Positions 20,464 to 30,304 of a stretch of DNA of 64,000 nt are shown here, one piece after another. The stretch covers positions 124,001 to 188,000 of IMG/VR virus record IMGVR_UViG_3300041411_000178; one strand, written 5' to 3'. The translations under genes and the position numbers were made by a program. The notes beneath the pieces are model-generated. The model saw only the letters and a list, made by a program, of their open reading frames with translations, had not been told where the DNA came from and made no database searches. Every line of letters begins with the position of its first letter. The first letter of the stretch is position 1.

Positions 20464-21465
20464 CTAACCGCCGCCAACTGGTGGTCCTGTAACGCCGTCG
20501 CCGTTCTCAACGCCAATGTGGCCGTGGATATTAAGACTAACGGTTGCAGTCTGTACATCGGTCAAGCCACGCACAATACCGGAAGAGGTAGAGTTACCCG
20601 TCCGCATGGTGTCGCCCGTCTGGATGTAATCGCCCACTTGAACGAACTCACCTGTCTGGTCGTAGTCGCCAACTTGTGTGGTGTTGCCCGTGTGTTCCCA
20701 GTCGCCTTTCCAGCGAGTCAGTTTAACGTCAGCGTCAAACCGTTCAGCCTGCAACTGAAGCAACTCCGTCTTGATGTTAATCCCTTTAGTCGCAAAGAGA
20801 TTAATCAATTCCGGCATAACCGCAGTGAGGGTCTTCTTGTCAATCTTGAAGATCGCCCCATCTGCGTTGCTGTAGGTAAAAGAGTGGTTGAGTTCATCCC
20901 AAACGATGAAGCCGTTCTCACTACCCCCGAAATGCATCACCCCATCCATCGCATTGATCTGGATGTCAAACGCTACCTTCTCCCCGTTAGCTTGTGACGT
21001 ACGCAACGCCATCAAACCATCACGGGTGGAGATCTTCATCTGATAGCTGTTGTTGATGTCACCTGGTGTGTTCTCGGTAACCTCAGGCGAAGCACTCCAA
21101 TTGTAGAACACCGTCTCCAGACGCATGGTTTCGATGTTAACGCCGTCCAACGTCCAGTACAGCTTGTTCTGACCGGGTACCTGATAGATAGCAACCTTGG
21201 AACCTTCACGCACGTCAGGCGAGCTGGTACGGTTGCTGTCGGTCATGTTCTTCCAGTAAGCCGGCAACACGTTACTGTGCAGCAAGTTACTCTTGACCTG
21301 CTCTCCCTGGGCGTTCACGCTGGTGCGTTCAACCTGTTTTGGGTTAGCACTGATACGACCATCGGCGTTCGGGAACAGACTGGGAATATAAACCAGGATC
21401 TGATCGGTATTGGTATCTTTGGTCGCAGCGACCACACCGATACCAATGCAGTGCATTATGTTCAT
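20464..21465 (-). CDS. Baseplate central spike (gp5/VgrG-like; phiKZ gp164-like)
   Basis: N-terminal OB-like region with PDVREGSKVAIY, beta-helix repeats (GDYDQTGEFVQVGDYIQTGD), C-terminal SLNIHGH..GVTGPP iron-binding HxH tip. Confidence 0.85.
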   Translation of the reverse strand: MNIMHCIGIGVVAATKDTNTDQILVYIPSLFPNADGRISANPKQVERTSVNAQGEQVKSNLLHSNVLPAYWKNMTDSNRTSSPDVREGSKVAIYQVPGQNKLYWTLDGVNIETMRLETVFYNWSASPEVTENTPGDINNSYQMKISTRDGLMALRTSQANGEKVAFDIQINAMDGVMHFGGSENGFIVWDELNHSFTYSNADGAIFKIDKKTLTAVMPELINLFATKGINIKTELLQLQAERFDADVKLTRWKGDWEHTGNTTQVGDYDQTGEFVQVGDYIQTGDTMRTGNSTSSGIVRGLTDVQTATVSLNIHGHIGVENGDGVTGPPVGGG

Positions 21466-21518
21466 ACTTGATGTCCTATTCTGTAGACCCTTTCAATTTT
21501 CTTAAAAAGAATTCTGTT

Positions 21519-23984
21519 ATGCTACTTAAATTAATTCTAGAGAACTATGTTCCGCTCTTGAGTAGCAATATTCATAAAGTGGAACTTGATACCGAACATA
21601 TGATCAACCTCTTCATCTCCCTGAACGGTGTAGGTAAGAGTTCGATCCTCAAGGAAATGAATCCACTTCCTCCAGAAAACGGCAACTACAAAAACGGCCG
21701 TAAGTATGTGCAGTGGCGAGTGGGTAGCAAAGTGTACACCATGGACTCGTATACCGGTATTGGTAACGGCCACAGTTTCAAGATCAACGACGGGGACGAA
21801 CTCAACACCAACGGTACGTTCAGCGTACAGAAAGAGTTGTGTGACACTCACTTCGGTTTGGACAACGGGTTGGTTAAAGTCATCAGCGGTATTCGTATTG
21901 CAGATCGACTGTCGGCTATGTCTGCTACACGTCGTAAAGATGTGTTGATGCAGATCTACCCGAACAACACCGATTACGCGTTGGGTGTGTACGGTCGTTT
22001 GAAAACTGCTCGCAATGAATTGAAGGCAGCGATCAAGAACCAGATCGGTCGTTACACCGAAGAGAACCGTAAACTCTCTTACATCAACGAGTGTGGTGTA
22101 GAAGAGTTGGAGCGTCGGGTTAAAGGCGTTGAGGAGGAACTGAAACAGTCGCTCCTACTGCGGGGTAGTCTGGAGTCGGTTAAACTCGATCCGCGCGTGC
22201 AGGCGAAGAAGCTGGAACTTGATCAGCTTTTGGATCAGCTGCTTGCGAATAAGCTCAGTGGCGTGTGGCAGAGCAAACGGGAATACATCGACACCATTGA
22301 ACAGTCTCGTCGTATTCTCGAAGGTTATCGTGATCAGGCCAATGTGTTGCAAGGTGTGATCAGCGAGCACGCGGGTATGTTGGAAGGCTTGGAAGAATTC
22401 CTCAAAGACCCCGATGCCTTCAAGATGCAAACCAAGCACGTTAAGGGAGACATTGCCGAGACATTGATCAAGCTGGAAGTAATCGAACAGGGCTTAAAGC
22501 AATACCCTATCTTTGACGACCCAGAGAGCCCGCTAGAGGGCTTGCCGCAGATCATCCCGGCACTGATGCAGTTTCTTAACCGCGTCACTCCTGCGAGCAC
22601 CAAGGAGCTTACAGGCAACCAGTACAAAGCTTACCAAGTCCGTATGGAGAAGGTGGGTGTTGAACTGAAGAGCTTTACCAATGACCTGTCCAACATGCAG
22701 CATCAATTGTCGCATTATGAGCAGGCTGAAACGGTTGAGTGTCCTGACTGTGCGCATGAGTTCAAGTTGGGGATGACCCCTCAGAAACTGGCGAACCTTA
22801 AATCCAACATTGAGTACTCGATCAAGAAGATTGAGACGTTGGAAAAGGAACGAGATGAACTCCAGGATAAATTGGACAACGACTCGGAATGGTTTGTTTC
22901 GATGAATCAGTTGTTCACCTTTGTCCGTGAGAACAGTCACGTCAGAATCCTGCCTGAGCTGATCAAGCAGTTCGAAGTGGGTCGTTGGGCTACTCACCGT
23001 CTCCAGAACGCTTTGGAGCTCGTAGCACGCAAGTGGGAACTCCAGGGCTACCGTGACACCCTGGCAGAAGAAGAAAAGCTCCTGGATGCACGTATCGCGC
23101 TCCTGGACCGTAATAAGGTGTTGGACGTGGCTATCTACGTTAGCACCACTGAAAAAGAGCTCGTGGAGGTTAACAACAAGATCCTCTTTTACCGAGCCAA
23201 AATTGACGCCCTCAGTAATACCTTGCGGGGCATTCAAACCTATGGGGAAGACTTAAAGCGATTGGAGCAATTGCGGTTCGAGATCTTGCAAGGATTGGAG
23301 TGCGAGGGGAAGGTAAGTTTGCGGGGTGCGGTGGACCATCGCATCAGTGAATTGACCTCGGACAAAGAACACTACATGACCTCGATCATCAAGAGCAAAT
23401 CCCTGACAGCTGTCGTGCAATCCATCTCGGCTGACATCGATCGCTTGAAGCGTCGGTTGACTATCGTTGAAGTGCACATGGACGGTCTGTGCCCTAACAA
23501 GGGTTTGATCGGCAAGTTAATGAGTGACTTCATTACTGCTATCTGTGGCAACATGAATGCGGTGGTTAACAAAATCTGGAATACCCCACTGTACATCAAA
23601 CCGTGCAGCAAAGAGAACGGTGATCTGACGTATCGCTTTCCTGTGGTCAAGGGTGAGAAAGACCCTACGCCGGACGTGTCGGATTGCAGTGGCGGCGAAA
23701 CTGATATTTTAGATTGGGCATTTCGCTTTGTGTTACTGGGGTACCTCAAGTTTCCACTTCCTTTGATTATGGATGAAGTGGGCCCATTCCTGGATGAAAT
23801 CAAACGCGGTAGGTTCTTTAACTTTGTGGAGGAATACACACAGAGCAACGATGCCCGCCAACTGTTCTTGGTGTCCCATTACTTCAATCAACTCGGGGTC
23901 TTCAGAGATCCTAACATTATCGCCTTGCGTTACGAAGGCCTTACCCTGCCGGGCGAGGTTAACCAGCACTCAATAGTAATTTAA
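21519..23984 (+). CDS. sbcC: SbcC/Rad50-like SMC ATPase
   Basis: Walker A NGVGKSS, long coiled coil with central CPDC zinc hook, signature CSGGE, Walker B LIMDE, H-loop VSH. Start moved to ATG 21519 (MLLKLILENY). Confidence 0.9.
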   Translation: MLLKLILENYVPLLSSNIHKVELDTEHMINLFISLNGVGKSSILKEMNPLPPENGNYKNGRKYVQWRVGSKVYTMDSYTGIGNGHSFKINDGDELNTNGTFSVQKELCDTHFGLDNGLVKVISGIRIADRLSAMSATRRKDVLMQIYPNNTDYALGVYGRLKTARNELKAAIKNQIGRYTEENRKLSYINECGVEELERRVKGVEEELKQSLLLRGSLESVKLDPRVQAKKLELDQLLDQLLANKLSGVWQSKREYIDTIEQSRRILEGYRDQANVLQGVISEHAGMLEGLEEFLKDPDAFKMQTKHVKGDIAETLIKLEVIEQGLKQYPIFDDPESPLEGLPQIIPALMQFLNRVTPASTKELTGNQYKAYQVRMEKVGVELKSFTNDLSNMQHQLSHYEQAETVECPDCAHEFKLGMTPQKLANLKSNIEYSIKKIETLEKERDELQDKLDNDSEWFVSMNQLFTFVRENSHVRILPELIKQFEVGRWATHRLQNALELVARKWELQGYRDTLAEEEKLLDARIALLDRNKVLDVAIYVSTTEKELVEVNNKILFYRAKIDALSNTLRGIQTYGEDLKRLEQLRFEILQGLECEGKVSLRGAVDHRISELTSDKEHYMTSIIKSKSLTAVVQSISADIDRLKRRLTIVEVHMDGLCPNKGLIGKLMSDFITAICGNMNAVVNKIWNTPLYIKPCSKENGDLTYRFPVVKGEKDPTPDVSDCSGGETDILDWAFRFVLLGYLKFPLPLIMDEVGPFLDEIKRGRFFNFVEEYTQSNDARQLFLVSHYFNQLGVFRDPNIIALRYEGLTLPGEVNQHSIVI

Positions 23985-23995
23985 ACCTATATTAC
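23981..23995 (+). promoter_or_regulatory. Phage early-type promoter motif (copy 1)
   Basis: TTAAACCTATATTAC; contains TATATTAC, the reported phiKZ early promoter core. Confidence 0.7.
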
Positions 23996-24093
23996 TAAGT
24001 GGTAGAGATAACGACTTGTTATCTCTTTTAGTTGTATTCGTACTGCAAGGTCCTGTTTATGACAGCCTATTACTTCTGGAAGAGATAACGATC

Positions 24094-24375
24094 ATGCAAA
24101 GCGCACAGATCCCAATTGTACAAAACCTCGACGGTTCCTACACACCCAGCGATCAAGGCATGGGTTTTGCGGTAGTGACCTACAACTACGACATCAGCGG
24201 CAAGACTGCTATCATCAACTTCGCCGGTGTCAACCAGGCGGTCGTCACGTTCGATGAAACCGGCACCATGGTGGTGTCCTACCACATGCTGAACATGATG
24301 GCGTCGGCACAAGACATGGCATCGGTGGAAAACATCTCCCGGTACCTGGCAACCGCTTCTGCTACTCTGCACTGA
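24094..24375 (+). CDS. Hypothetical protein (93 aa)
   Basis: ATG 24094 after AGAGA; strongly biased codons. Confidence 0.65.
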   Translation: MQSAQIPIVQNLDGSYTPSDQGMGFAVVTYNYDISGKTAIINFAGVNQAVVTFDETGTMVVSYHMLNMMASAQDMASVENISRYLATASATLH

Positions 24376-24382
24376 GTTCCTT

Positions 24383-24853
24383 ATGAATGTATTGAGGTTC
24401 TTCAGTGCGAACCCTGATCAGTTCACGGAACCTTTTGAACCAGTAGTGGCGCGCTTTGCGTTGGCTGGGCAAAAGGTTCTGGTAGAATTGGGGCTCGTTA
24501 AGGATAACGACAGGCTGTACTTCTCGATCGGGAAACGATTGACCAGCGATGGACCGCTAATAATTCTGGACCGGGTGCCTGTGTCATCCGTGTCACAACA
24601 GACGTTTACGGCTCGCCCTGAACGCTGGAATGAAAGTAAGTTGTACGGGCGTGAGTTCTTGCGACATGCCTTTGAACACTTTATTTTGAATTCGCCATTC
24701 TCTGGCTTTATAAGAAAAAATGTGAATCCACTGGATATCACGCTGTTGTTTGCCAACCTAAGGAACATCAGTTCCGACTTAATCAACTTTCAATTGGGTA
24801 TAGGTCATGAAAAAGGACGACGTGATTGTACAGTACAAAGCGTTGGTTCGTGA
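24383..24853 (+). CDS. Hypothetical protein
   Basis: 156-aa ORF filling the gap in a co-oriented operon. Confidence 0.5.
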   Translation: MNVLRFFSANPDQFTEPFEPVVARFALAGQKVLVELGLVKDNDRLYFSIGKRLTSDGPLIILDRVPVSSVSQQTFTARPERWNESKLYGREFLRHAFEHFILNSPFSGFIRKNVNPLDITLLFANLRNISSDLINFQLGIGHEKGRRDCTVQSVGS

Positions 24854-25244
24854 GCTTGGAGAGAACGCCCACAACGTAGTACTGAGCGCAGGGGCTGCCG
24901 CTGTCATGATGGGCATCCGTGAAGAAACAAATGATTTAGATGTAGACGTGCTGTCCGGTGTATTCAAGTGGGCGGCTACGACCAAAACAGTTTTGAAAGA
25001 AGAAGGGGTCAGCGATCGGGTGCTTTACGCCGAAAGTATTGATCTGCACGTACTGGACGAAGATCGGGGAAGGGTCTGCGTCGAGGGTGTGTGGATCTAT
25101 AGTCCTCGTGAATTGATCCTGCAAAAACGTGCAATGTCCAAGTTCCCTGGTCGTCCTATCGGCAAGTTGGTCCAAGACCAGGTCGAGATCGCCCAGCTGG
25201 AAGCCATGGGAAACTCAACGAAATTCACTGCTAAAGTTGTCTAG
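24807..25244 (+). CDS. Small Pol-beta-superfamily nucleotidyltransferase-fold protein A
   Basis: VVLSAGAAAVMMGIREETNDLDVDV (G-x..hDhD) and C-terminal LILQKR. Confidence 0.65.
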   Translation: MKKDDVIVQYKALVRELGENAHNVVLSAGAAAVMMGIREETNDLDVDVLSGVFKWAATTKTVLKEEGVSDRVLYAESIDLHVLDEDRGRVCVEGVWIYSPRELILQKRAMSKFPGRPIGKLVQDQVEIAQLEAMGNSTKFTAKVV

Positions 25245-25253
25245 GGAAACACC

Positions 25254-25718
25254 ATGTTTAAACTTGAAGTAGAAGTCTGGCAGGAATCGGAAAATCGCAT
25301 CCTGAAACAACTGGCCGCTCTGAACAGTCTAGGAGTTCCCGCAGATCAAATGTGCGTGGGCGGTAGTTCTGCAATGGTACTGATGCAACTGCGTAACGAC
25401 GCCGGTGATCTGAATGTCTGGGTAGACTCGCCGTATTTCGAGCGTCTGGCCGAAGATTACCAGGTTCTGGTACACCCACTGCGCGATTCAGTGGTTCGTA
25501 TCCCTGACACCAACCTGTGTGTCCGTCGTCGTAACCGTTATTTCAAGAGTCATGCCTTGGAGAACGGCGTGGAAGTGTTCGATGAACTGACGCTCCTGTT
25601 GCAGAAGCGCACCAGCTACATCGATCCAGAAAGACCCATGGCTCAGCGTAAGGATGACTTCCTCGACATCCGCATCCTGAACAACCGGTTGGCCGAACGT
25701 AACAAAGTTGCATCCTGA
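25254..25718 (+). CDS. Small nucleotidyltransferase-fold protein B, paralogue of A
   Basis: MCVGGSSAMVLMQLRNDAGDLNVWV (DxN) and LLLQKR..RKDDFLDIRIL. Confidence 0.6.
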   Translation: MFKLEVEVWQESENRILKQLAALNSLGVPADQMCVGGSSAMVLMQLRNDAGDLNVWVDSPYFERLAEDYQVLVHPLRDSVVRIPDTNLCVRRRNRYFKSHALENGVEVFDELTLLLQKRTSYIDPERPMAQRKDDFLDIRILNNRLAERNKVAS

Positions 25719-25720
25719 CT

Positions 25721-25757
25721 GATTAGGCATTGGTGGGTAACTCCCCAGTGCCTAGTC
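25721..25757 (+). terminator. Terminator-like hairpin
   Basis: GATTAGGCATTGG..CCAGTGCCTAGTC after the stop codon. Confidence 0.55.
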
Positions 25758-25791
25758 TTATAGCGCATTTTGATTTTTAAGGATTACAAAT

Positions 25792-26046
25792 ATGTGGGTT
25801 ATTTGGACTGTCTTGGGCTGCATTGCCATCGTCATTGTGAATAACTGGACGTTCATCAACGTTATGATTCATCGTTACCGGTTCCCTGACTTGGGTCCTC
25901 AGGCAACGGTAGACAAGTTGTTAAAAGAAGTCAACGGCTATTTAGCCAGTGACGACGACCTTGTTTATTGCCGTGACTGCGACGGTAAAGTGCCAGGAAC
26001 GAAGGCTGCCATGATCACAGCGATTGTCAAACAAGAAGGATTATAA
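25792..26046 (+). CDS. Small membrane protein
   Basis: N-terminal hydrophobic helix; CRDC motif; AAGGA RBS. Confidence 0.6.
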   Translation: MWVIWTVLGCIAIVIVNNWTFINVMIHRYRFPDLGPQATVDKLLKEVNGYLASDDDLVYCRDCDGKVPGTKAAMITAIVKQEGL

Positions 26047-26048
26047 AC

Positions 26049-26342
26049 ATGCCAGAAATTGTGGCCATGCTTCTGGGCTTAGGTTGCTTTTTCTTTTTCC
26101 TTGAGATGACAACAGGTCCGTGGAAGTGGCTGGATCGTTTAACCGGTTGGGATGATCATCCTGACGAGAAAGAAATCAACGCGATCTGCTTGCGCCTATT
26201 ACTGGAGCAAGAGGATCTTAGTATCAACATTCAGAACCGTGTCGTCTGTAACGAATGTAAACGCGAGAGCTGTGGGTTTTGTACCAACGGCCGTGTTATT
26301 CGTCAGGCACAGGAACTGCTCGATAAGAGGAGCGAGTTATGA
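26049..26342 (+). CDS. Small membrane-anchored Cys-rich protein
   Basis: N-terminal TM, C-terminal CNEC..CGFC putative Zn site. Confidence 0.6.
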   Translation: MPEIVAMLLGLGCFFFFLEMTTGPWKWLDRLTGWDDHPDEKEINAICLRLLLEQEDLSINIQNRVVCNECKRESCGFCTNGRVIRQAQELLDKRSEL

Positions 26343-28282
26343 AAGTCCCCAGTATCTTTGAGGAGATGAGAACTCTCCAAGAGGAGATCACTCGCCTCAA
26401 CACCGAGTTCCACCAGAACGACAAGGAATTGATCCCCAACGCTGAGTTCGATCAAAAGCAGTTGCGGTTTGATGAACTGTGCGAACTCTACCCTGACATT
26501 GCCAGGAGCCTGGTTACCGACAACGCCCCTGTCCCCATGGCTGCTCCTACTGCCGGGCTGGACCTGGTGGAATTCAAGGAACCCATGCTCAGCCTCAAAA
26601 AGGCCACGAGTATTGAGGCCCTGGACAAATGGCTGGCCAAACTCCCAGCGGACGTCACAGTTATCTGGGAGTTAAAGCTGGATGGCTTGGCGTTGGACTT
26701 GTTGTATGAGTTCCGTCAATTGGTACGGATGTGTACACGTCGGGATGGGTTGTTTGGTGAAGATGTAACTCACTCGATTAACCTGTTCAACAACATACCC
26801 CTGACGCTGCCTCCAGGCTACCCTGACGAGTTTTCTATTCGGGGTGAGGGGATATTGCCGTTTGTTGCATTCGAGGCCTACAACGAGGCTGTAGAGAAGC
26901 CTATGGTGACTCCTCGTAATGCGGCGAGTGGTTGGGTGCGTACCAGTCGGGGTAATCAGAACCCAGAAGCTGTGGGTAAGCTGCGCTTTATTGCATACGG
27001 CTCCAGTGAACGGTTTGATGCCAAGACCTACATGGACCAGCGGAAGATGTTTCGGGAAGCTGGGTTTGAAGTATCACCCGTGCTTTCGTTAGAACAGCTC
27101 AAGAGCGGTGAACGCGACGACGTCTTACCAACTGACGGTGTAGTGGGTAAGGTCAACAACTTCGAAACCCAGGAAGAGTTGGGTGCAACCAACAAGTTTC
27201 CTAACTGGGGGATTGCCTACAAGTATCCGGACGAAGAAGTCGAAGCGGTCTACGACAGAACCATCTGGAAAACGGGCAAGACCGGTCGGGTTAACCCAAC
27301 GATCCTCTACCATCCGGTTAAAGTAGGTGGTGTGACCTGTAGTCGAGCCAGCATCGACAACTATCACCAATTCATGGAGCTGGGGCTGCGTGAGGACTGC
27401 ACCCTGGCGGTTCGTCGTAACAACGATGTTATCCCACGGGTTCACCGCGTTATTGAGCCTGGCACGGGTGAGCGGGTTAAGGCCCCAGAAGAATGCCCAA
27501 GCTGTGGAAGCGTGCTTCGACTCAAGACCAGTGATGCAAGCGCCTTTCTATATTGCGACAACGTTACTGGTTGCAAGAGTCAGTTGTTGAATCGCTGCTT
27601 GGCTTTTGTTAGTCGTGGGGCGCTGGACATCGACGGGTTGGGCCCGGTGGTATTGGCCGAGCTTATTGATGACGGCACCATCGAATACCCGGCCGATATC
27701 CTCTACTTGAATCCTGCGGAAATCTCACCTAGGACCTGGGCGAACATCATGGAGGTTACCTCGGTTCCGTTGCATAAAGCAATCATGGCCATGGGGTTAC
27801 CTGGTGTTGACGTTATCCGCGCTAAGAAGTTGGCCGTGGCTGTTAATGAAGCGGGCGTCAAGATCTGGCCGCCAGAACTGACACATTGGTTGGGTAACAA
27901 AGACAACCTGAAAAAGATCAGGGGTATCGGCGACAAGCTAGCGACGCCTATCGCTAAAGCGCTGGAAACCTCGGCTATCCAGCTTAACGCTAACCGACTG
28001 TTTAAACAGGTTCAACCGTTCTACAGGGAGGATAAAACTGAACGGAAGATCTGTATCACCGGTGACGTGGGACTTCCACGCGAAAGCTTAAAGGAACTCC
28101 TGGAATTGGCGGGTATTGAATTGGCGGATAGTTTCACCAAAGACTGCCAGTTACTTCTCGTGGGGGAGAAACCAGGTGAAAAGAAACTGTTAAAAGCAAC
28201 CGAGCTGGACATACCTATGGTAACTATCGCCAGGGTTTCCAGTATTGAAGAGTTGATCGATCAGATCAACAACCATAACTAA
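26339..28282 (+). CDS. ligA: NAD-dependent DNA ligase
   Basis: PMLSL, ELKLDG adenylation motif, PRNAASG, DGVVGKV, AYKY, CPSCG..C..C zinc finger, HhH GLG/GIG repeats, C-terminal BRCT (ICITG). Confidence 0.97.
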   Translation: MKVPSIFEEMRTLQEEITRLNTEFHQNDKELIPNAEFDQKQLRFDELCELYPDIARSLVTDNAPVPMAAPTAGLDLVEFKEPMLSLKKATSIEALDKWLAKLPADVTVIWELKLDGLALDLLYEFRQLVRMCTRRDGLFGEDVTHSINLFNNIPLTLPPGYPDEFSIRGEGILPFVAFEAYNEAVEKPMVTPRNAASGWVRTSRGNQNPEAVGKLRFIAYGSSERFDAKTYMDQRKMFREAGFEVSPVLSLEQLKSGERDDVLPTDGVVGKVNNFETQEELGATNKFPNWGIAYKYPDEEVEAVYDRTIWKTGKTGRVNPTILYHPVKVGGVTCSRASIDNYHQFMELGLREDCTLAVRRNNDVIPRVHRVIEPGTGERVKAPEECPSCGSVLRLKTSDASAFLYCDNVTGCKSQLLNRCLAFVSRGALDIDGLGPVVLAELIDDGTIEYPADILYLNPAEISPRTWANIMEVTSVPLHKAIMAMGLPGVDVIRAKKLAVAVNEAGVKIWPPELTHWLGNKDNLKKIRGIGDKLATPIAKALETSAIQLNANRLFKQVQPFYREDKTERKICITGDVGLPRESLKELLELAGIELADSFTKDCQLLLVGEKPGEKKLLKATELDIPMVTIARVSSIEELIDQINNHN

Positions 28283-28295
28283 GGGACGCAACCTC

Positions 28296-29762
28296 ATGAC
28301 CACCGCTACTGAAAAGAAAGCAAATGCAACCGAACAACAAGCTGCTCTGTCCAAACTTCCCATCCCGCACGTCAATCCAAAGCAAGTGGAAAAAGCGGCT
28401 AAAACGCTTGAGAAAGTTGCCAACAAAGGTCAAGCGGTTTCTACTGATCAGCCTAAATCGGTAAAGGTTGTTAATAGCAGTGTGTCGGGTACCAACGGCA
28501 CTCGTGCAAAGCCGAAGGTCGAAACCGTCGCGCAGGCCGTCGACCGCATGAAAGGTGCGGAGGGTGCTGATAGCTTCAACGATACCTGGGTACCGGGTGG
28601 TGGTATTGCTATCAAGTACTACACCAAGGAAGAGCTGGCCCAGATCAAAACGCCTTGGGTCATGGTCAAGGGCGTCCTGCTGGAGCCAAAACAAGTCGGC
28701 ATCAAGGGCGCTGGTCGCATTACCACCGAATCCGGCCACACCTTCTGGCTGAACTCGTTCATGTCCCCTCGCCGCAAAGATGTCGAGACCGTCTTCTCGC
28801 ATTACATCGTTGAATGCGACGGCGTCACCGTGCACATGCTGTTGGATGAGAAGTCCTCGGCTCAGGTTAACAGCTTCGACGCGCATCGCGGTGGCATGGG
28901 TGGCCAGGAAGTCAGCCGTCACATGGTAAACCAGGCTATCCTCATCAACACCGATAGCACGCATGACACCTACTTGGGTGAAGTGCACCTGGAAAACCAA
29001 TCGACCCACAGCTGCGTTTTCAACCAGGCGACTGTCAACTCCAACCCTCGTTACGAAGATCGTTACAAAGCGCCGTGGTTGGTTCAACAGTCCCGCGATA
29101 ACCCACGCCGTGAACTGCGTTACTCGACGCTCACCCGTTCGTCGGTGTTCAACTCCACGATCACCGATACGATCCAGCTGCTGGACACCACCCTCGACGA
29201 AGCCAACATCAAAACCAACGAAGGTTTTGTAGCGGTCAGCTCGTCGGTGAAGGAATGCACCATCAAGGGTATCCGTGCGAAGCTGAAGTTTGCTCGCCTG
29301 GAAAAGACCTACATTCCGTCGAACGGTCACGTGCTGATCGTCAACACCAACATGAAGGACGAGTCTCTGGGTGACAAGCCTGTCTACATCCCGAACAAGT
29401 TCTGCACGCTGAAAGTTGACCTGCCGCATGATCATCTGTCCATGCGCCGCGAGAACGCGACCAAGGTCGGTATTACCATCGGCTACCGCACTGCTGTTGA
29501 CCTCGACATCGATGCCCCGATGGACGTGATCGACGCCAAGGTGCGCGAAGTGCTGCGTGACTCCAGTTACCACAACCCGCTCGATCCGGACATGAAGGAC
29601 CCGGTCGTGGCAAACCTGATCCATTATGTAGTGCAGAACATTCGTTCGCGTCTGCGCGTTATCAAGATGCTGGACAGTGTTGTGCGCACCTCTCGCGTTG
29701 TGACCGGTGAAGTTTACCGCGAAGACGAAGAGATGCACGGCTTCTACCCGCAGCGTTTCTAA
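28296..29762 (+). CDS. Hypothetical protein (488 aa)
   Basis: Strong codon bias; low-complexity Lys/Ala N-terminus; no family recognised. Confidence 0.75.
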   Translation: MTTATEKKANATEQQAALSKLPIPHVNPKQVEKAAKTLEKVANKGQAVSTDQPKSVKVVNSSVSGTNGTRAKPKVETVAQAVDRMKGAEGADSFNDTWVPGGGIAIKYYTKEELAQIKTPWVMVKGVLLEPKQVGIKGAGRITTESGHTFWLNSFMSPRRKDVETVFSHYIVECDGVTVHMLLDEKSSAQVNSFDAHRGGMGGQEVSRHMVNQAILINTDSTHDTYLGEVHLENQSTHSCVFNQATVNSNPRYEDRYKAPWLVQQSRDNPRRELRYSTLTRSSVFNSTITDTIQLLDTTLDEANIKTNEGFVAVSSSVKECTIKGIRAKLKFARLEKTYIPSNGHVLIVNTNMKDESLGDKPVYIPNKFCTLKVDLPHDHLSMRRENATKVGITIGYRTAVDLDIDAPMDVIDAKVREVLRDSSYHNPLDPDMKDPVVANLIHYVVQNIRSRLRVIKMLDSVVRTSRVVTGEVYREDEEMHGFYPQRF

Positions 29763-29774
29763 TCCTTAGCTAAC

Positions 29775-29803
29775 AATCCGCCCTACTCACACTAGGGCGG
29801 ATT
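29775..29803 (+). terminator. Terminator-like hairpin
   Basis: AATCCGCCCTA / TAGGGCGGATT perfect 11-bp stem. Confidence 0.55.
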
Positions 29804-29816
29804 TAAAGAGAATGCC

Positions 29817-30299
29817 ATGAGCAAAAAAGAACCCCCTATTACCTACAAGGTGCACACGGACGGCAGTGCTCTGGGTAACCCAGGCCCTGGAGGTTACGGG
29901 ATTGTAGCGAGATGCGGAGACGAGGTTGTCACACTCTCGAAAGGCTTTTTCCGGACCACCAACAACCGTATGGAGTTGCTTGCGGTAATCGTTGCGCTGG
30001 AGGAGTTTGCTAAACCGGGTACTGTCTTTGAAATCACGACAGACTCCATGTACGTGATCAACTCGGCCACCAAGTGGTTGAACGGTTGGGCGCGTAGCAA
30101 TTGGATTGCCTGGAAGACGCAGGAGCCTATTAAGAACCAAGACCTGTGGAAACGTCTTCAGCCGCTGCTGAAAGCCAACAAGGTTAAGTTCTTTTGGGTT
30201 CGTGGCCATACGGGTGTTGTGGATAACGAAATGGCGGATAAGCTGGCAGTAGCGGCGGCTAACAATCCGACTGACACTGATGAAGGTTTCCTGGGGTAA
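29817..30299 (+). CDS. rnhA: Ribonuclease HI
   Basis: HTDGSALGNPGPGGYG, TTNNRMEL, TDSMYV, KNQDLW, WVRGHTG..NEMADKLA. Confidence 0.97.
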   Translation: MSKKEPPITYKVHTDGSALGNPGPGGYGIVARCGDEVVTLSKGFFRTTNNRMELLAVIVALEEFAKPGTVFEITTDSMYVINSATKWLNGWARSNWIAWKTQEPIKNQDLWKRLQPLLKANKVKFFWVRGHTGVVDNEMADKLAVAAANNPTDTDEGFLG

Positions 30300-30304
30300 A
30301 ACTC

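Noticed and set aside
17517-20558. Long minus-strand ORFs of 528 and 483 aa
   Set aside because: Exact antisense of the third fibre gene; the phage's C-ending codon bias suppresses antisense stops.
26339-28282. Intron or intein in the ligase (also checked SbcC and the chaperonin)
   Set aside because: Motif spacing and lengths are normal; no homing-endonuclease or intein motifs.
28266-29738. 490-aa minus-strand ORF
   Set aside because: Antisense shadow of the strongly biased 28296-29762 gene; the V/D/H/Q-rich composition is typical of such shadows.
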